Assembly (NCBI GenBank): GCA_012517375.1
Contig: JAAYVC010000097.1
Coordinates: 1 to 63,345 of the forward strand
DNA length: 63,345 bases
Direction of reading: 5' to 3'
Origin: a bacterium
GTDB lineage: Bacteria > Hydrothermota > Tepidihabitantia > B3-TA06
Below are positions 29,423 through 39,250 of the stretch, in pieces. The notes below the pieces were generated by a model that saw only the letters and a list, made by a program, of their open reading frames with translations, was not told where the DNA came from and ran no database searches. Numbering within the stretch: position 1 is the first letter of the stretch; each line of letters opens with the position of its first letter. Both the position numbers and the translations under genes were made by a program.

Positions 29423-29483
29423 TAAAACCTCCCTGAAGTTTTTTTAAGGTTTCTGACCGACTTAATGAACAATCGAACATAAT

Positions 29484-29870
29484 TTACTTCTTGATGGTAA
29501 GAGATATCTCTTTTGGTCTGAGGCGCGATTTGGGCAAGACCTTGCACGTAAAACCTGCCCCGGTCAGAGTTATGTTATACCGACCCTCGACAAGTCTGTC
29601 CTCACGCTCAAGAGGTTCTCTTATAGCATTATAAAGATCGGCGACAACGATACCGGACATGGGCATATTGACGAACTCAGGCAGCCTTGAACCTACAGTG
29701 AACTCGAGCGCCCAGTCGTAGTACTGCGTCCAGAGCTCGCTTAGGAGATCCTGTTTCAGGCATTCCTCGCCTTCAAGAAGCGCTATATCCCCTTCCTCCA
29801 CGATTACGCCGAGTATTCGGCCGTCATCTTTATCAACGACCAGTTTGATGTCTCGACCCAGATCAATCAT
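29484..29870 (-). CDS. baseplate wedge protein, GPW/gp25-like
   Basis: 128 aa. EGEECLKQDLLSELWTQYYDWALEFTVGSRLPEF resembles the gp25 core. Sits between the spike and J genes. Confidence 0.55.
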   Translation of the reverse strand: MIDLGRDIKLVVDKDDGRILGVIVEEGDIALLEGEECLKQDLLSELWTQYYDWALEFTVGSRLPEFVNMPMSGIVVADLYNAIREPLEREDRLVEGRYNITLTGAGFTCKVLPKSRLRPKEISLTIKK

Positions 29871-29934
29871 CTAAACCCCCTGCAACGATTCGGGATTGCT
29901 CTATTGAAAGATGGAATCATCGCGGCCTCCTTTT

Positions 29935-30552
29935 TTAATCCGTAAAAACGACCTTTGAAAGCAGGCCAGGAAGCGCAGGAGCCTGAAGGGGTGGCAGACT
30001 ACCGCCGTGGGTGTGCGTGGAAAGCCAGGAAACGAGAGAGTCGCCCCAGATTACCGGATGCGGAGCCGTCTTCCCGAGCTTGATTAGAGGGGACTTTATC
30101 TGCTTGGAGATGTCTGCCTCCTCAACAGAAGTCTTCTTAACCTTGATGTCGATTGCGCCCGCTGTTTGAATAAGAATATTGTCTTTGTTGTCAATCTCTA
30201 TCCACAGATTCTCGCCTTTCTTGAGAATCATTCTTTCCCAGCGCTGGCATGCAGCTATTGTCGGTCTTCCATCCACCCATTCGACAATGACCTCCGTATC
30301 CTTTTCGGGAACGATTATGACTCCAAGGTCTTTATGGTCTTCTCCGTTCATCACCCTTAAGGGCATAGGTACGTGCTGAAGCAAAGCTTCGGACTCCTTC
30401 TCAGGCGCTACGTCGCACCAGAAGCCCTTGAGTCTCTCAGGCATTGCCCATCCCGCAGGTGTTGTCTGTTGGCAAGCTACCACGGTGCCAATTATGGCGT
30501 CGTCAAGCCCTTTATCTGAAAGCTCCTGAATTATTTTTTTTAGTTCACTCAT
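29935..30552 (-). CDS. baseplate central spike (gpV / Mu gp45-like)
   Basis: 205 aa with an OB-fold-like N-terminal half. C-terminal STHTHGG gives an HxH motif like the metal-binding spike tips. Confidence 0.6.
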   Translation of the reverse strand: MSELKKIIQELSDKGLDDAIIGTVVACQQTTPAGWAMPERLKGFWCDVAPEKESEALLQHVPMPLRVMNGEDHKDLGVIIVPEKDTEVIVEWVDGRPTIAACQRWERMILKKGENLWIEIDNKDNILIQTAGAIDIKVKKTSVEEADISKQIKSPLIKLGKTAPHPVIWGDSLVSWLSTHTHGGSLPPLQAPALPGLLSKVVFTD

Positions 30553-30565
30553 TTTTTTCTCACAG

Positions 30566-31735
30566 TTAAGTTTTATCCGGCGGTTTGCGAACGTCTACGG
30601 TCATCCTGAAGCCTCCTGCAGGGGAGTAGTTAAAAGTCACGGCTTTTGCCTCATAGAACGAGTTTATCTCAGGCCTTTCTGCCGATTCAAGCCTGAAGAG
30701 ATACGAATGCTTCAGTTTCGGATTCCCGAATGTCGTAAAGCTTCCCGTGTACTGGGCGGAATTCAACTGATTGAGCCTTTCCTGCGCCCTTCTCAGCGCC
30801 TCTTCCTCATTAAGAGCCTTGCTCGACTGGAATTCGTAGTGCGCGGTAAAACTCATATCCTGCTCTCCGCACTCTTCGCCGACTAAAACCGCTTCCTTTT
30901 CCACGGATTTAGAAGTGAATCTTCTGTCTATCAGGCTGCAAACGACTCTTCTGTAGGGTTTCTCGTTCTGATAGTCGAGATTGGATGCCGAGATGATGTT
31001 CCCCCATGGAAAAAAAGGCGTCAGCGAATCGTCTTTGCGATTTTCTTCTACTCTCCCTGCGCCGATTCGATATAAAAATACCGGCGGTTTTGCTTCATCC
31101 TCAGGCAGGTATCCTCTTTGAAATGGAAACTGCGGTCCGAAATACACTTTTTTGCCTCCGGGGATAAAAAAATGAACCCATTCCGTATCCTGCGAAAGCC
31201 TCTCCATCGCCTGGGCTACCGTCTGTTTCCTGAGATCAAGACCTGTTGTTTGCCAGTCGCCTTCCTTTTTGGGAGCAGGTATGTACGGTTCAAGTCCCGC
31301 TTTTCTTAGAATAGCATCTGCAATCTCGCTGTACCACATTGGCGCCGAGTCCGTGCCGTACTTATCGAGAACGTAATTGTGCTTCGCTTTCCTGAAGTTA
31401 TCTTCGGCTTTGACGACAAGCGGAAGGTCGGGCGATACCCATGAGATCAGACCAGTAAAAACGGGCTCAAGTTCTACCCTTTCGCCGATATATCCGAATG
31501 ATATCTCTATCTCGTCGTTCGGAGCAATCTTAACGTCTAAATTATTCCCGTTTTCGTCCTTAGTCATTGGCTTCGTGATAGTTGGAATACTTACTTCCGC
31601 CGTATCGCATGGCTTCTCGGATGACTGGTTTACAGTTATTTGAGAAACGGCTTTGACGTAGTATGATGCTCCGCGATTGCCCTTTTTGTCGATATTGGTT
31701 ATCTTTACTTGAAAGGCTGGCAAAAGCACCGGCAT
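30566..31735 (-). CDS. baseplate hub, late-control gpD / XkdQ-like
   Basis: 389 aa. Size and position (after the LysM protein, before the spike) match PBSX/P2-type tails. Confidence 0.55.
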   Translation of the reverse strand: MPVLLPAFQVKITNIDKKGNRGASYYVKAVSQITVNQSSEKPCDTAEVSIPTITKPMTKDENGNNLDVKIAPNDEIEISFGYIGERVELEPVFTGLISWVSPDLPLVVKAEDNFRKAKHNYVLDKYGTDSAPMWYSEIADAILRKAGLEPYIPAPKKEGDWQTTGLDLRKQTVAQAMERLSQDTEWVHFFIPGGKKVYFGPQFPFQRGYLPEDEAKPPVFLYRIGAGRVEENRKDDSLTPFFPWGNIISASNLDYQNEKPYRRVVCSLIDRRFTSKSVEKEAVLVGEECGEQDMSFTAHYEFQSSKALNEEEALRRAQERLNQLNSAQYTGSFTTFGNPKLKHSYLFRLESAERPEINSFYEAKAVTFNYSPAGGFRMTVDVRKPPDKT

Positions 31736-31737
31736 GT

Positions 31738-32181
31738 TTAACCCCTATAGAAGATTGAACGCCAACGCTCCGCGCGTCTCATGGCAGGCTTTGATGCGCG
31801 CGAAAAGTACCTGATGGGTTCATTTGAGACGACTACCCGGTCTGGTTCCCAGCGGTTATGCTCGTAAAGATCGAACACAAGGAATTGGTCGGAATAGTAT
31901 TCCTTTGCCAGAAGAAGCATGGGGTCGTATGAGGGTTCCGCCGCCACAAGGGCTAGAAAGTCCGGCACAATATCCTTGCCTTCGTTAACCTCGAGATACG
32001 GTATAAATACTTCAAGACCAGGCTGACTGAATTCAGGATCGTCGCCAAAAATCTGGATGTTGATGTGATAGATTATCCACCAAAGCGAAGCATCTCCGTA
32101 ATAGAGCTCGGCAAGAAGCCATATATCTTCGTCCTGATTGAGGAGATGATAGAAACCTTTATCTGTTTCACGGCTGATCAT
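31738..32181 (-). CDS. LysM-like tail protein (gpX / XkdP-like)
   Basis: 147 aa. YHLLNQDEDIWLLAELYYGDASLWWIIYHINIQ...GLEVFIP fits the LysM pattern. Confidence 0.55.
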   Translation of the reverse strand: MISRETDKGFYHLLNQDEDIWLLAELYYGDASLWWIIYHINIQIFGDDPEFSQPGLEVFIPYLEVNEGKDIVPDFLALVAAEPSYDPMLLLAKEYYSDQFLVFDLYEHNRWEPDRVVVSNEPIRYFSRASKPAMRRAERWRSIFYRG

Positions 32182-32189
32182 TGCAACAC

Positions 32190-32798
32190 CTATGCCGGTT
32201 GGAAAAGCTTGTCCTCGTCCGTGTCAAGCTCGGCGACCGCGGTCAAACTGACCTGATAGCGAAGATTCTTGACAGGATTCACCGATATCGTCTGGATTAC
32301 GATTTTTGTTATCCCGAGGACCGAAAGGAGAGGAAGCTGAGGGCTAAAAGCCGGTTCCTGGCCGCTCAAATCCTGGCTCGCTGAAATTAAGTTCGCTAGA
32401 TTATTGCCTGTTTCCTGGTAGTTCAATTTGGCGCCCTCAACAATACTTATTGCTCCCTTGTGATTGCGCACTAAGTCGCTTACTTCTTTGATGACATCGT
32501 TCGCCTTGACCGCTCCGCCGCCGCAGGTAAGAGGTTTCCTGAAGTCGCCTGCTTCGAACTGTATGTTCAAATCGTATCCGGAAAACCCCATATCCTCCTT
32601 TACCGTATCGAGAAGTCCGTCGACCTCGGTAACAACCACTCTTCGGCGTCCGCTGATCGATATCTGGCACGGATAAGGAATTCTGACCTCGTTGTTCAAT
32701 ACGAGGTAGTCAGTGCAGGTATAGAAAGTACCCGAGCGATTGCTTGTAAATACTGCATCGGTCAAACCAGATAAGAAGTTGTCACTTAAGCTCACCAA
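32190..32798 (-). CDS. hypothetical tail protein
   Basis: About 200 aa between the tape measure and the LysM protein. The likely start is GTG 32795, 5 nt after AAGGAGG. Confidence 0.45.
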   Translation of the reverse strand: MVSLSDNFLSGLTDAVFTSNRSGTFYTCTDYLVLNNEVRIPYPCQISISGRRRVVVTEVDGLLDTVKEDMGFSGYDLNIQFEAGDFRKPLTCGGGAVKANDVIKEVSDLVRNHKGAISIVEGAKLNYQETGNNLANLISASQDLSGQEPAFSPQLPLLSVLGITKIVIQTISVNPVKNLRYQVSLTAVAELDTDEDKLFQPA

Positions 32799-32839
32799 AA
32801 CCTCCTTTGCTTAAAACTTTTGAAAACGCAACAATGACA

Positions 32840-34606
32840 TCACTTCCCCTTTCTTGAATGCGAATTGAAGTGATCTTCTACGATCTTTATGATTTGAAGC
32901 TTCGCCTTTTCAAGACTTAAATCAACGCCTTTTATCTCAATGTGTATTGCGCCTGGGAGCAAATTGTACTGTATCTTTTCAGCCTCTTCCTTATCCTTTG
33001 ACCGAACCTTGTCCGCCCCTCGTACCGATGTCTCCTGTCCCAGTTCAACCTTGAAATACTCCTCGGCTAGGGAAAGAACGTTTGTGAATTGTTCGCTTGA
33101 AAAGACATCTGCACCCAAATCTTGAGTAGCTAAAGCGGGAGAGTAGACTTGAGGACCCACAGGGTATGCGCCTGCTGAAGGAAGAAAGGCTCCTGCGGCA
33201 GTTTGCCCTCCTTGAGGCTTAATGTAAGTGTCATAACCAGAAACGCGCCCTAAAGCTCTTTCGTACATTGCTGAAGGCAATGAGGAGCCCGTCGCTAGAT
33301 TTAATGCCTGTTGAGACACTCCCGGCAAAGGCTTTGGCGAGATGCGAACTGCCTTATCTATCTCCTGGAAAGGGGCTTCCAGAATTTGCATTGCTTCCTT
33401 GGTCGGCACGTAATTTTTGTCGGCTTGATGACGCAACACTTCGTCACCTAGGAGTTCTAAAGACTGATCTATCGATTTTATATCGCCTGTTTTCTTGATC
33501 CTTTCCAGCCACATATCCTTTAAGTCAGCCTGCGTTATTGGGATGCTGGATTTATTGTCGGCTGAAGTTTTATAGAGCTGATAATTGAGTTGTTCAAGCA
33601 GGTATTGCGCCTCTGCGGCTTTATTTTCAATCTCCTGTCCGTATGTCTGCTCTATAGCTTGCTCCGGTGTAAGTCCTTCATAGCCTAAGGGATTACCAAA
33701 AAAAGTGTTGAGAGTCTTAAAAAATTGAGGCGTTTTTTGCCATTCAATTTTCTCCTTCGTTATAGCTTCCTCATACGTCAAGTTTTCCTTCTCCATTAGC
33801 CGCTTCCGCCTTGCTTCGATGCTTAAATTCCGTACAGCCCCTTGTAACTTGAAGATGGAGAACGGGTTGATTATGTCGCCAAGACCGAATTCTACACTCT
33901 CAAAACCGGCAGCTTTAACCGGCACGGTTCCCAAAGCGGCGTTTATCTTTTCTCCGGCAACCGCCAACTTGAAGGGCAGCGATAGAAGGCTTCCCAGAAT
34001 CCCTCCGCCGGCTCCTCCAGCGATTGCCCCGCCTGCCCCGCCTGCCGCGGCTCCGGCGGCGGCAGATATGCCTGCATCAAGAATGCCTCCCACCGTTCCT
34101 GCAACGTCGCCCAAACTGGAGTAGATCTCGGCAACGCTTCCCTTGCCTGATTCTCCTCCCAATCCCTGTACAGCAATCTTCCCCGAGGATAAAAGCTGCA
34201 ACATCTCGCTTCCCAGCAGCATAGTACCTGCCGAGTATCCCGCTATCTCGTCAAGCCTCTGCAGCATAAGTGAATATTGGTTCGGCAGCTCGGCGTAGGC
34301 TTCGACAGAAGGCTGATACACAGGAGGAGCGGCTTCTGCCGGCGTTGCATTGATTAATGTATTACCATTCAACGGCGTTCTGACAGCGGTAGCATCTCTC
34401 ACTAATTCAGTCGAAGGAAGATTCCAGTAGTAACTGAAGACATCTTTAGGCTCAATTGGAGATTTCAAAGCGGAAAACAACTCCTGTCTTTTCTTTATAT
34501 CTGAAAGCTCGGCATTATATCTCTCTGGGGAATTCTCAACTATTTTGGATGGGTCTATCAGAATTTCGTCTAGTTTGTTTTTTTGAATTTCTTCTCCATA
34601 TAGCAT
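32840..34606 (-). CDS. tail tape measure protein
   Basis: 588 aa from ATG 34606 (RBS GGAGG). Long helical regions plus a Gly/Ala-rich hydrophobic core (AAGAAAGGAGGAIAGGAGGGILGS). Lies downstream of the chaperone pair. Confidence 0.75.
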   Translation of the reverse strand: MLYGEEIQKNKLDEILIDPSKIVENSPERYNAELSDIKKRQELFSALKSPIEPKDVFSYYWNLPSTELVRDATAVRTPLNGNTLINATPAEAAPPVYQPSVEAYAELPNQYSLMLQRLDEIAGYSAGTMLLGSEMLQLLSSGKIAVQGLGGESGKGSVAEIYSSLGDVAGTVGGILDAGISAAAGAAAGGAGGAIAGGAGGGILGSLLSLPFKLAVAGEKINAALGTVPVKAAGFESVEFGLGDIINPFSIFKLQGAVRNLSIEARRKRLMEKENLTYEEAITKEKIEWQKTPQFFKTLNTFFGNPLGYEGLTPEQAIEQTYGQEIENKAAEAQYLLEQLNYQLYKTSADNKSSIPITQADLKDMWLERIKKTGDIKSIDQSLELLGDEVLRHQADKNYVPTKEAMQILEAPFQEIDKAVRISPKPLPGVSQQALNLATGSSLPSAMYERALGRVSGYDTYIKPQGGQTAAGAFLPSAGAYPVGPQVYSPALATQDLGADVFSSEQFTNVLSLAEEYFKVELGQETSVRGADKVRSKDKEEAEKIQYNLLPGAIHIEIKGVDLSLEKAKLQIIKIVEDHFNSHSRKGK

Positions 34607-34608
34607 CT

Positions 34609-34803
34609 TCAACCTCCAAAGAGTTTAGCGAGAGCGTATGCGAGACGCTTTGCCTCGCGCTCTTCGAGCCAGAGCGCCTCGCCGTAAGCCAACCAGAACT
34701 TCCGCTCATCCTCTGGGACCGAACCGAAGTAGTGTTTAATCATTGTTTCCGCCTGCAGAACCACATTGCGGTCTAGCTGTCTGCGGCGGGCCTGGGAAAA
34801 TTT
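34609..34803 (-). CDS. tail assembly chaperone -1 frameshift extension (G/GT, E/E' type)
   Basis: Slippery heptamer A_AAT_TTT at 34797-34803 in the zero frame (GAA AAT TTT CCC). The -1 frame is open from there to TGA 34609-34611, adding 62 aa (..MIKHYFGSVPEDERKFWLAYGEALWLEEREAKRLAYALAKLFGG) for a long form of ~153 aa. The stop overlaps the tape-measure start. Confidence 0.65.
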   Translation of the reverse strand, partial: KFSQARRRQLDRNVVLQAETMIKHYFGSVPEDERKFWLAYGEALWLEEREAKRLAYALAKLFGG

Positions 34804-35069
34804 TCAAGCTTAACTTCAAGCCCCGTGCCTGCTACGCGCATCAAATTTACCGCAATCTGCGGAACCAGCGCCGGCTTCGAATCCACAAGTTTCTGCAGCG
34901 CCATTCTGTCTTCAGCGCACATCAATATGAGGTTGCGCGAAGCATCGTATAAGGACTCGGAGCCTGTGTCGTAGTAGAATTTTATCTCCGCGTGTCCGGG
35001 CACCTTGAAGCCGTAAATCTCTTGGCCGATTCTTATGGCGATTGGCGATTGTGTTTCTTTTGCGGCCAT
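34773..35069 (-). CDS. tail assembly chaperone, short form
   Basis: 98 aa between the tube and tape-measure genes. Confidence 0.65.
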   Translation of the reverse strand: MAAKETQSPIAIRIGQEIYGFKVPGHAEIKFYYDTGSESLYDASRNLILMCAEDRMALQKLVDSKPALVPQIAVNLMRVAGTGLEVKLENFPRPAADS

Positions 35070-35128
35070 TCTTTCCTCCTTGTGTTTTCTGGAGGCGGCA
35101 TTTATGCCGCCTCCAGATTTTTATTTTT

Positions 35129-35581
35129 CTAGACAATCTTACCGGCTACCGCCGTGTATTTGCGAACTATCTTCTTTGTTCCATCATCGAGCGATTCGCT
35201 TACGTCAGTGACGTCAACGTCCATTATGTTCACCACGCTCCAGTTGAACTCCGGCTTGATTAAACCGCTTGAGTCTACCTTCTTGTCGGCATAGGCGACG
35301 GTGATGAGGAAAGGAGCATAATCCAGCGCATCTTTTCCAGCTGCGCGGGCTATAGCCTCGAAATTAACGGCATTTTCAAGCGTCATCGAGAAATCGCAAG
35401 TGTAAGAGCGGTGTCCATATCCTATGCCGTGAGGTGCAGAGCCTCTTGCGTACTGCAGCTCCTTTTCCTTCTTTGCAGACCAGTTAATTGAGGTTATACC
35501 TGTGAAATCTAAGCCGCCTATTTTTATTGTAACGTCGGTCCAGTCATGGACCTTGCCGTTGATAAGTATGCTATCAGCCAT
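35129..35581 (-). CDS. tail tube protein
   Basis: 150 aa immediately downstream of the sheath gene. Beta-rich. Confidence 0.7.
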   Translation of the reverse strand: MADSILINGKVHDWTDVTIKIGGLDFTGITSINWSAKKEKELQYARGSAPHGIGYGHRSYTCDFSMTLENAVNFEAIARAAGKDALDYAPFLITVAYADKKVDSSGLIKPEFNWSVVNIMDVDVTDVSESLDDGTKKIVRKYTAVAGKIV

Positions 35582-35594
35582 CTTTCACCTCCTC

Positions 35595-37439
35595 TTATTT
35601 CTCGATTCCGGTTTTTAGCTGGAAGGTTGCTTCAAGCTTCTTCTTTGTCGGAGTGGGAACTATCTCGACCTTGCAGTGAACGATGCCGTTTGACCAGATG
35701 TTTTCGTCCGGCGTCAGCGTAAGCTTGTAATCCATGACGGGCTTATCAGTATCTTCTTCGGTGATTTTCATGGCTTCAAGAGGTCTTGAAAGATCCGCCT
35801 TGTATGCAGCCATATCCTTTTCGCTTATTCCGGGTGAGTTAGTGTACGGAACATTAGCTATTCCAACCATGCGAACGGACTCGTCCATGATGCGGCGGTT
35901 GCGGATGCAGTAGAAATCGGATGTGGCTGGCGCGAAAGTCCAGTCGTCAGTCGCGATTGTTCCATAGCCTATCCAGTTTCTCAGGGTTATGTAACGGGCG
36001 TCATTGAGCTGCGCCAGCTTGCCTTTATCCATTTCCTGTTTTGAAGAATAGAGATAGTAAGCTTCGTTAGTTGCTGGAGTCACGCCTGTAATGGTAAACT
36101 TCCCATTTTCGTAATTGATGGTGCCTCTTTGCTCTCCTGTACTCTGATCGTATAGCTTTCCGTCTCCGCCGTCTATTAAATCTACTTGTGTAGTCGTTTT
36201 GTTGATAATCATGTGCACAGACCAGGATACAACAGGGAAATAATCAAGCGTTCCTTCAACAGAGGTTCCGCATTCCTTGTATCCTTCTTTGTTTGGGTGA
36301 TAGGGCTCGATGCGAACCGAGTTGACTATCTTCATGTAGCGCACCCAGCCCACCGAGTGGTGAAGCTTTGCGTTGGAAACGAGCCCTGCGATGCAGCCTC
36401 CGACTGGTCTTATCTGCATCTCGCCCTGCTGCGTCAAAAGGGCATATCCTGCGTTAACAGCAATCCTAACGTCGCGAGCGTTGGAGGCCGATATATCGGC
36501 AAGCAAAGCGATCCATTCATCAGCGTTCCAGGTGCGCGGATTTGTTGACGTTGCGATATTGGGTCTGGTCTCCTCTATGGAAGGCATATCGACCATGACC
36601 CAGATGGGCCTGGAATCCTGAGTCCAAAGACTTTGGGCCTTGCTTGCAAGGTCGGATAGAAAAGCTACTATCGCGTTCTTGACTGTATCCCTAGAGGTTG
36701 TATCGATGCTGGGGAAGGTCGATACGTAGAGGTACTCAAATCCCTGTCCGCCGTTCGGGTCGGTCCATTCAACGAGATCCTGCACGGCATTGAGTATCTC
36801 GTTCGACGTGGCCCTGGCTGCGGTTGTTGACCAGCGGTATTGGTCACCCGTAACAAAGCTACCGGATTCGTCTGGCGATGCGGCCTCGGTGAACTGAATA
36901 TAAGTGCCGTTGCCCATATCTATCTTTGAGACCGGCTTCCCTGAATCTTCGCCCGTCTTTACGAATTTAAGCTCAGGACCCCATGACACGCCATTGTTTA
37001 CTGAAAGCCGATATCGAGCTTCGGAAAGCTTGCCGCCCGCAGTAATACGGATAATGTACTTGCGGCTGTTGTAAGGATTGCTGACACCCGCATCTTTCGC
37101 AGCGGTAACCGCAGCCTTGCCGCCCGCTTTCGAGGCTCCCGCAGGAATCCCTATGGCTTTTTGAACAACCGAAGATACAACTCCATCGATGCTGGGCGTG
37201 CAACGTCTAATGCCTATCTGAACCGCCCTGTTCGTAAAAGCATCGTACACTTTTTCATTGAGCAAACCTAGTCCGTATTCATCGGCAACGTCGTCAGGGT
37301 CAACGGCGAACTTAATAAGCGTTGTTCCTTTTTGGCTTTCGCCGACAACACCGAAAAGACCTGCAGTGGAAGGCGGAAGCACTCCCAAACCGCCGTCGAG
37401 GATGGAAGGATAATAACCTGGTAAGTCCTTCAATGGCAT
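35595..37439 (-). CDS. contractile tail sheath protein
   Basis: 614 aa. N-terminal LPGYYPS and a conserved sheath C-terminal region (..CIRNRRIMDESVRMVG..). Contains an ~80-aa inserted domain at aa 127-207. Confidence 0.8.
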   Translation of the reverse strand: MPLKDLPGYYPSILDGGLGVLPPSTAGLFGVVGESQKGTTLIKFAVDPDDVADEYGLGLLNEKVYDAFTNRAVQIGIRRCTPSIDGVVSSVVQKAIGIPAGASKAGGKAAVTAAKDAGVSNPYNSRKYIIRITAGGKLSEARYRLSVNNGVSWGPELKFVKTGEDSGKPVSKIDMGNGTYIQFTEAASPDESGSFVTGDQYRWSTTAARATSNEILNAVQDLVEWTDPNGGQGFEYLYVSTFPSIDTTSRDTVKNAIVAFLSDLASKAQSLWTQDSRPIWVMVDMPSIEETRPNIATSTNPRTWNADEWIALLADISASNARDVRIAVNAGYALLTQQGEMQIRPVGGCIAGLVSNAKLHHSVGWVRYMKIVNSVRIEPYHPNKEGYKECGTSVEGTLDYFPVVSWSVHMIINKTTTQVDLIDGGDGKLYDQSTGEQRGTINYENGKFTITGVTPATNEAYYLYSSKQEMDKGKLAQLNDARYITLRNWIGYGTIATDDWTFAPATSDFYCIRNRRIMDESVRMVGIANVPYTNSPGISEKDMAAYKADLSRPLEAMKITEEDTDKPVMDYKLTLTPDENIWSNGIVHCKVEIVPTPTKKKLEATFQLKTGIEK

Positions 37440-37441
37440 CT

Positions 37442-37723
37442 TTACTCCTTGTTGAACAGGTATTTATCCACCGCCGAATCGAACTCCTTTTCGGTCAAGA
37501 GAGAGCTCTCGCTGAAGCCGGCGATGATTCTAAGGTATACCGGATGATTTATCTTTTTGTCTTTGACCCAGCGTTCAAAGGTTCTTTTTTCTTCCTTCAC
37601 TCTTTCCTCCTTCTTTCCCTCAGGGTCTTTTCTCCAACCCTCGGGGGGGTTGTTTGATTGAGACAGTTGTGTTCCATCTCGCGGAGATTCCTGTATTTTG
37701 TTTTTCTTTGAGTTCTCTATCAT
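37442..37723 (-). CDS. hypothetical small virion protein
   Basis: 93 aa, Lys/Glu-rich, directly upstream of the sheath gene. Confidence 0.4.
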   Translation of the reverse strand: MIENSKKNKIQESPRDGTQLSQSNNPPEGWRKDPEGKKEERVKEEKRTFERWVKDKKINHPVYLRIIAGFSESSLLTEKEFDSAVDKYLFNKE

Positions 37724-37880
37724 TGCATCTTATCCTTTCCTTCTGAAAAGAATGTGAGAACTGATCATTGAAGGGGATATGGTTCGCCTGAACCTTTTTT
37801 TGTTTGCTATCTTGCCCATTCCGGCAACGCTCCACTCTTTTCTACAATCATTTCTTCACTTCTTTTCATATTGTGTCCTG

Positions 37881-38801
37881 TCAAGGCATTTCAGGCTCAT
37901 CGAGTACGAAGCGCGTCAAAAGCGGCGAAACATCGGCGATGAAAACCTTCCCGGTATATTTTATGACAATAGGAATCATGTACGTGACCGTTTCTCCTTC
38001 AACTTCCGTCGTAACGCTCATCGATGTCATTTCCTCTGTAACGGTTTCGTAACGATCGCTATAGAGTTCTGCCGCTATCTCTTTCCTGTGGAACATGAGC
38101 ATCAATTGATCAAGATAGCCGCCTTCACCCGCCGCTTCCTCCTCTGTCTGAGCGTTGATTGTGGCCTTTATAGTAACCGCGGCGTCTCTTACGGTTCTGT
38201 TGGTTACCCTGTAAGCCTCGGTTTCCCACGAGTAGCTATCGCCTTCCACGACATCGGAACCTTGCGTAAGGAATTCGAACATGGAGCCGTTTCCGATTTC
38301 AATCATGCCGCTTAAGGGAATGTTTCCTGAAGAAACCGTGGTTTGAACGCCCCATTCCGAGCCTGTCCAGGGCGTTTTCTTGAGTGTGTAGGCTCCGGGC
38401 GTAGTTTCATTTCCTATGATGCCTGTTTGAGTTATTTCGAGCGCGTATTTGTTGTTGCCGGAATGCCGGGGCGAGCTTTCTATGCGCACGTCTTCCGTTC
38501 CGCCTGGAGGAACGGGATGAACTATAGTTATATTCTCATCTCCGCTTTTGTAGATAACCTCAGGTGCGCCGCAGGTGAGAGCGTTAGATAGAGCTACGCC
38601 CGTAACATGGAGAACAGCGGTCGGGCTCTGACTCAAGGTTACCGAACGCTTGTCAAGTTTTTCGCGTCCCACTACTCTGGCTCCAGGAGCAAACACGAGC
38701 GCCTGAAATGGATTCTGCAGAGACGATAACCCCTCTTGTACCCTGTCGTAGCACCATGATACCGAAAGACCGCGCATTATCGGACCGTAAGGCAGGGGCA
38801 T
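37881..38801 (-). CDS. neck / tail-completion candidate carrying the same inserted domain as the sheath
   Basis: 306 aa in the position of Mu gp37. Residues 118-196 align with sheath residues 127-207. Confidence 0.45.
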   Translation of the reverse strand: MPLPYGPIMRGLSVSWCYDRVQEGLSSLQNPFQALVFAPGARVVGREKLDKRSVTLSQSPTAVLHVTGVALSNALTCGAPEVIYKSGDENITIVHPVPPGGTEDVRIESSPRHSGNNKYALEITQTGIIGNETTPGAYTLKKTPWTGSEWGVQTTVSSGNIPLSGMIEIGNGSMFEFLTQGSDVVEGDSYSWETEAYRVTNRTVRDAAVTIKATINAQTEEEAAGEGGYLDQLMLMFHRKEIAAELYSDRYETVTEEMTSMSVTTEVEGETVTYMIPIVIKYTGKVFIADVSPLLTRFVLDEPEMP

Positions 38802-39250
38802 TATTGCTCCTCGTCGGTATTGGATGAAAATATAGGCTTTGCGGCCCGATAACGGATACGAGCGCGTGCACGTTCCTCAGCTCCGGGAAGCTCTATCTTT
38901 CCTGATGCGAGGTCGGCAAGCGTGCGGTCTGCAAGCTCGCGTTTGTCCTTCGCCACGGCTTCCTGCTCCACTCTTGCATATAGACGGTAAATAGTCATCT
39001 GGATTGTGGCTTCTTTTATTAAATCCCGCGCTCCATCCGAGCCTATTGCGGCAAGATCGAGAGGCGCAACGTAACGTTTTGCCAGCTGTGAATCGGCATA
39101 GGCCTCGGCCCAGAGTATGGCGGATTCAATCTTTGAATCATCTGTAATTTTCTGCGTTATCGAATGAGCAGGATCATCGTCGGTTAGTCTTGCAAGAACG
39201 TCCTCAGGGATAGCCGATTTTACCTCATCAACCGTCAGATACCGCATCAT
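38801..39250 (-). CDS. head-tail connector protein, Mu gp36 / DUF1320-like
   Basis: 149 aa. The N-terminus MRYLTVDEVKSAIPEDVLARLTDDD is the DUF1320 signature pattern. Confidence 0.65.
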   Translation of the reverse strand: MMRYLTVDEVKSAIPEDVLARLTDDDPAHSITQKITDDSKIESAILWAEAYADSQLAKRYVAPLDLAAIGSDGARDLIKEATIQMTIYRLYARVEQEAVAKDKRELADRTLADLASGKIELPGAEERARARIRYRAAKPIFSSNTDEEQ

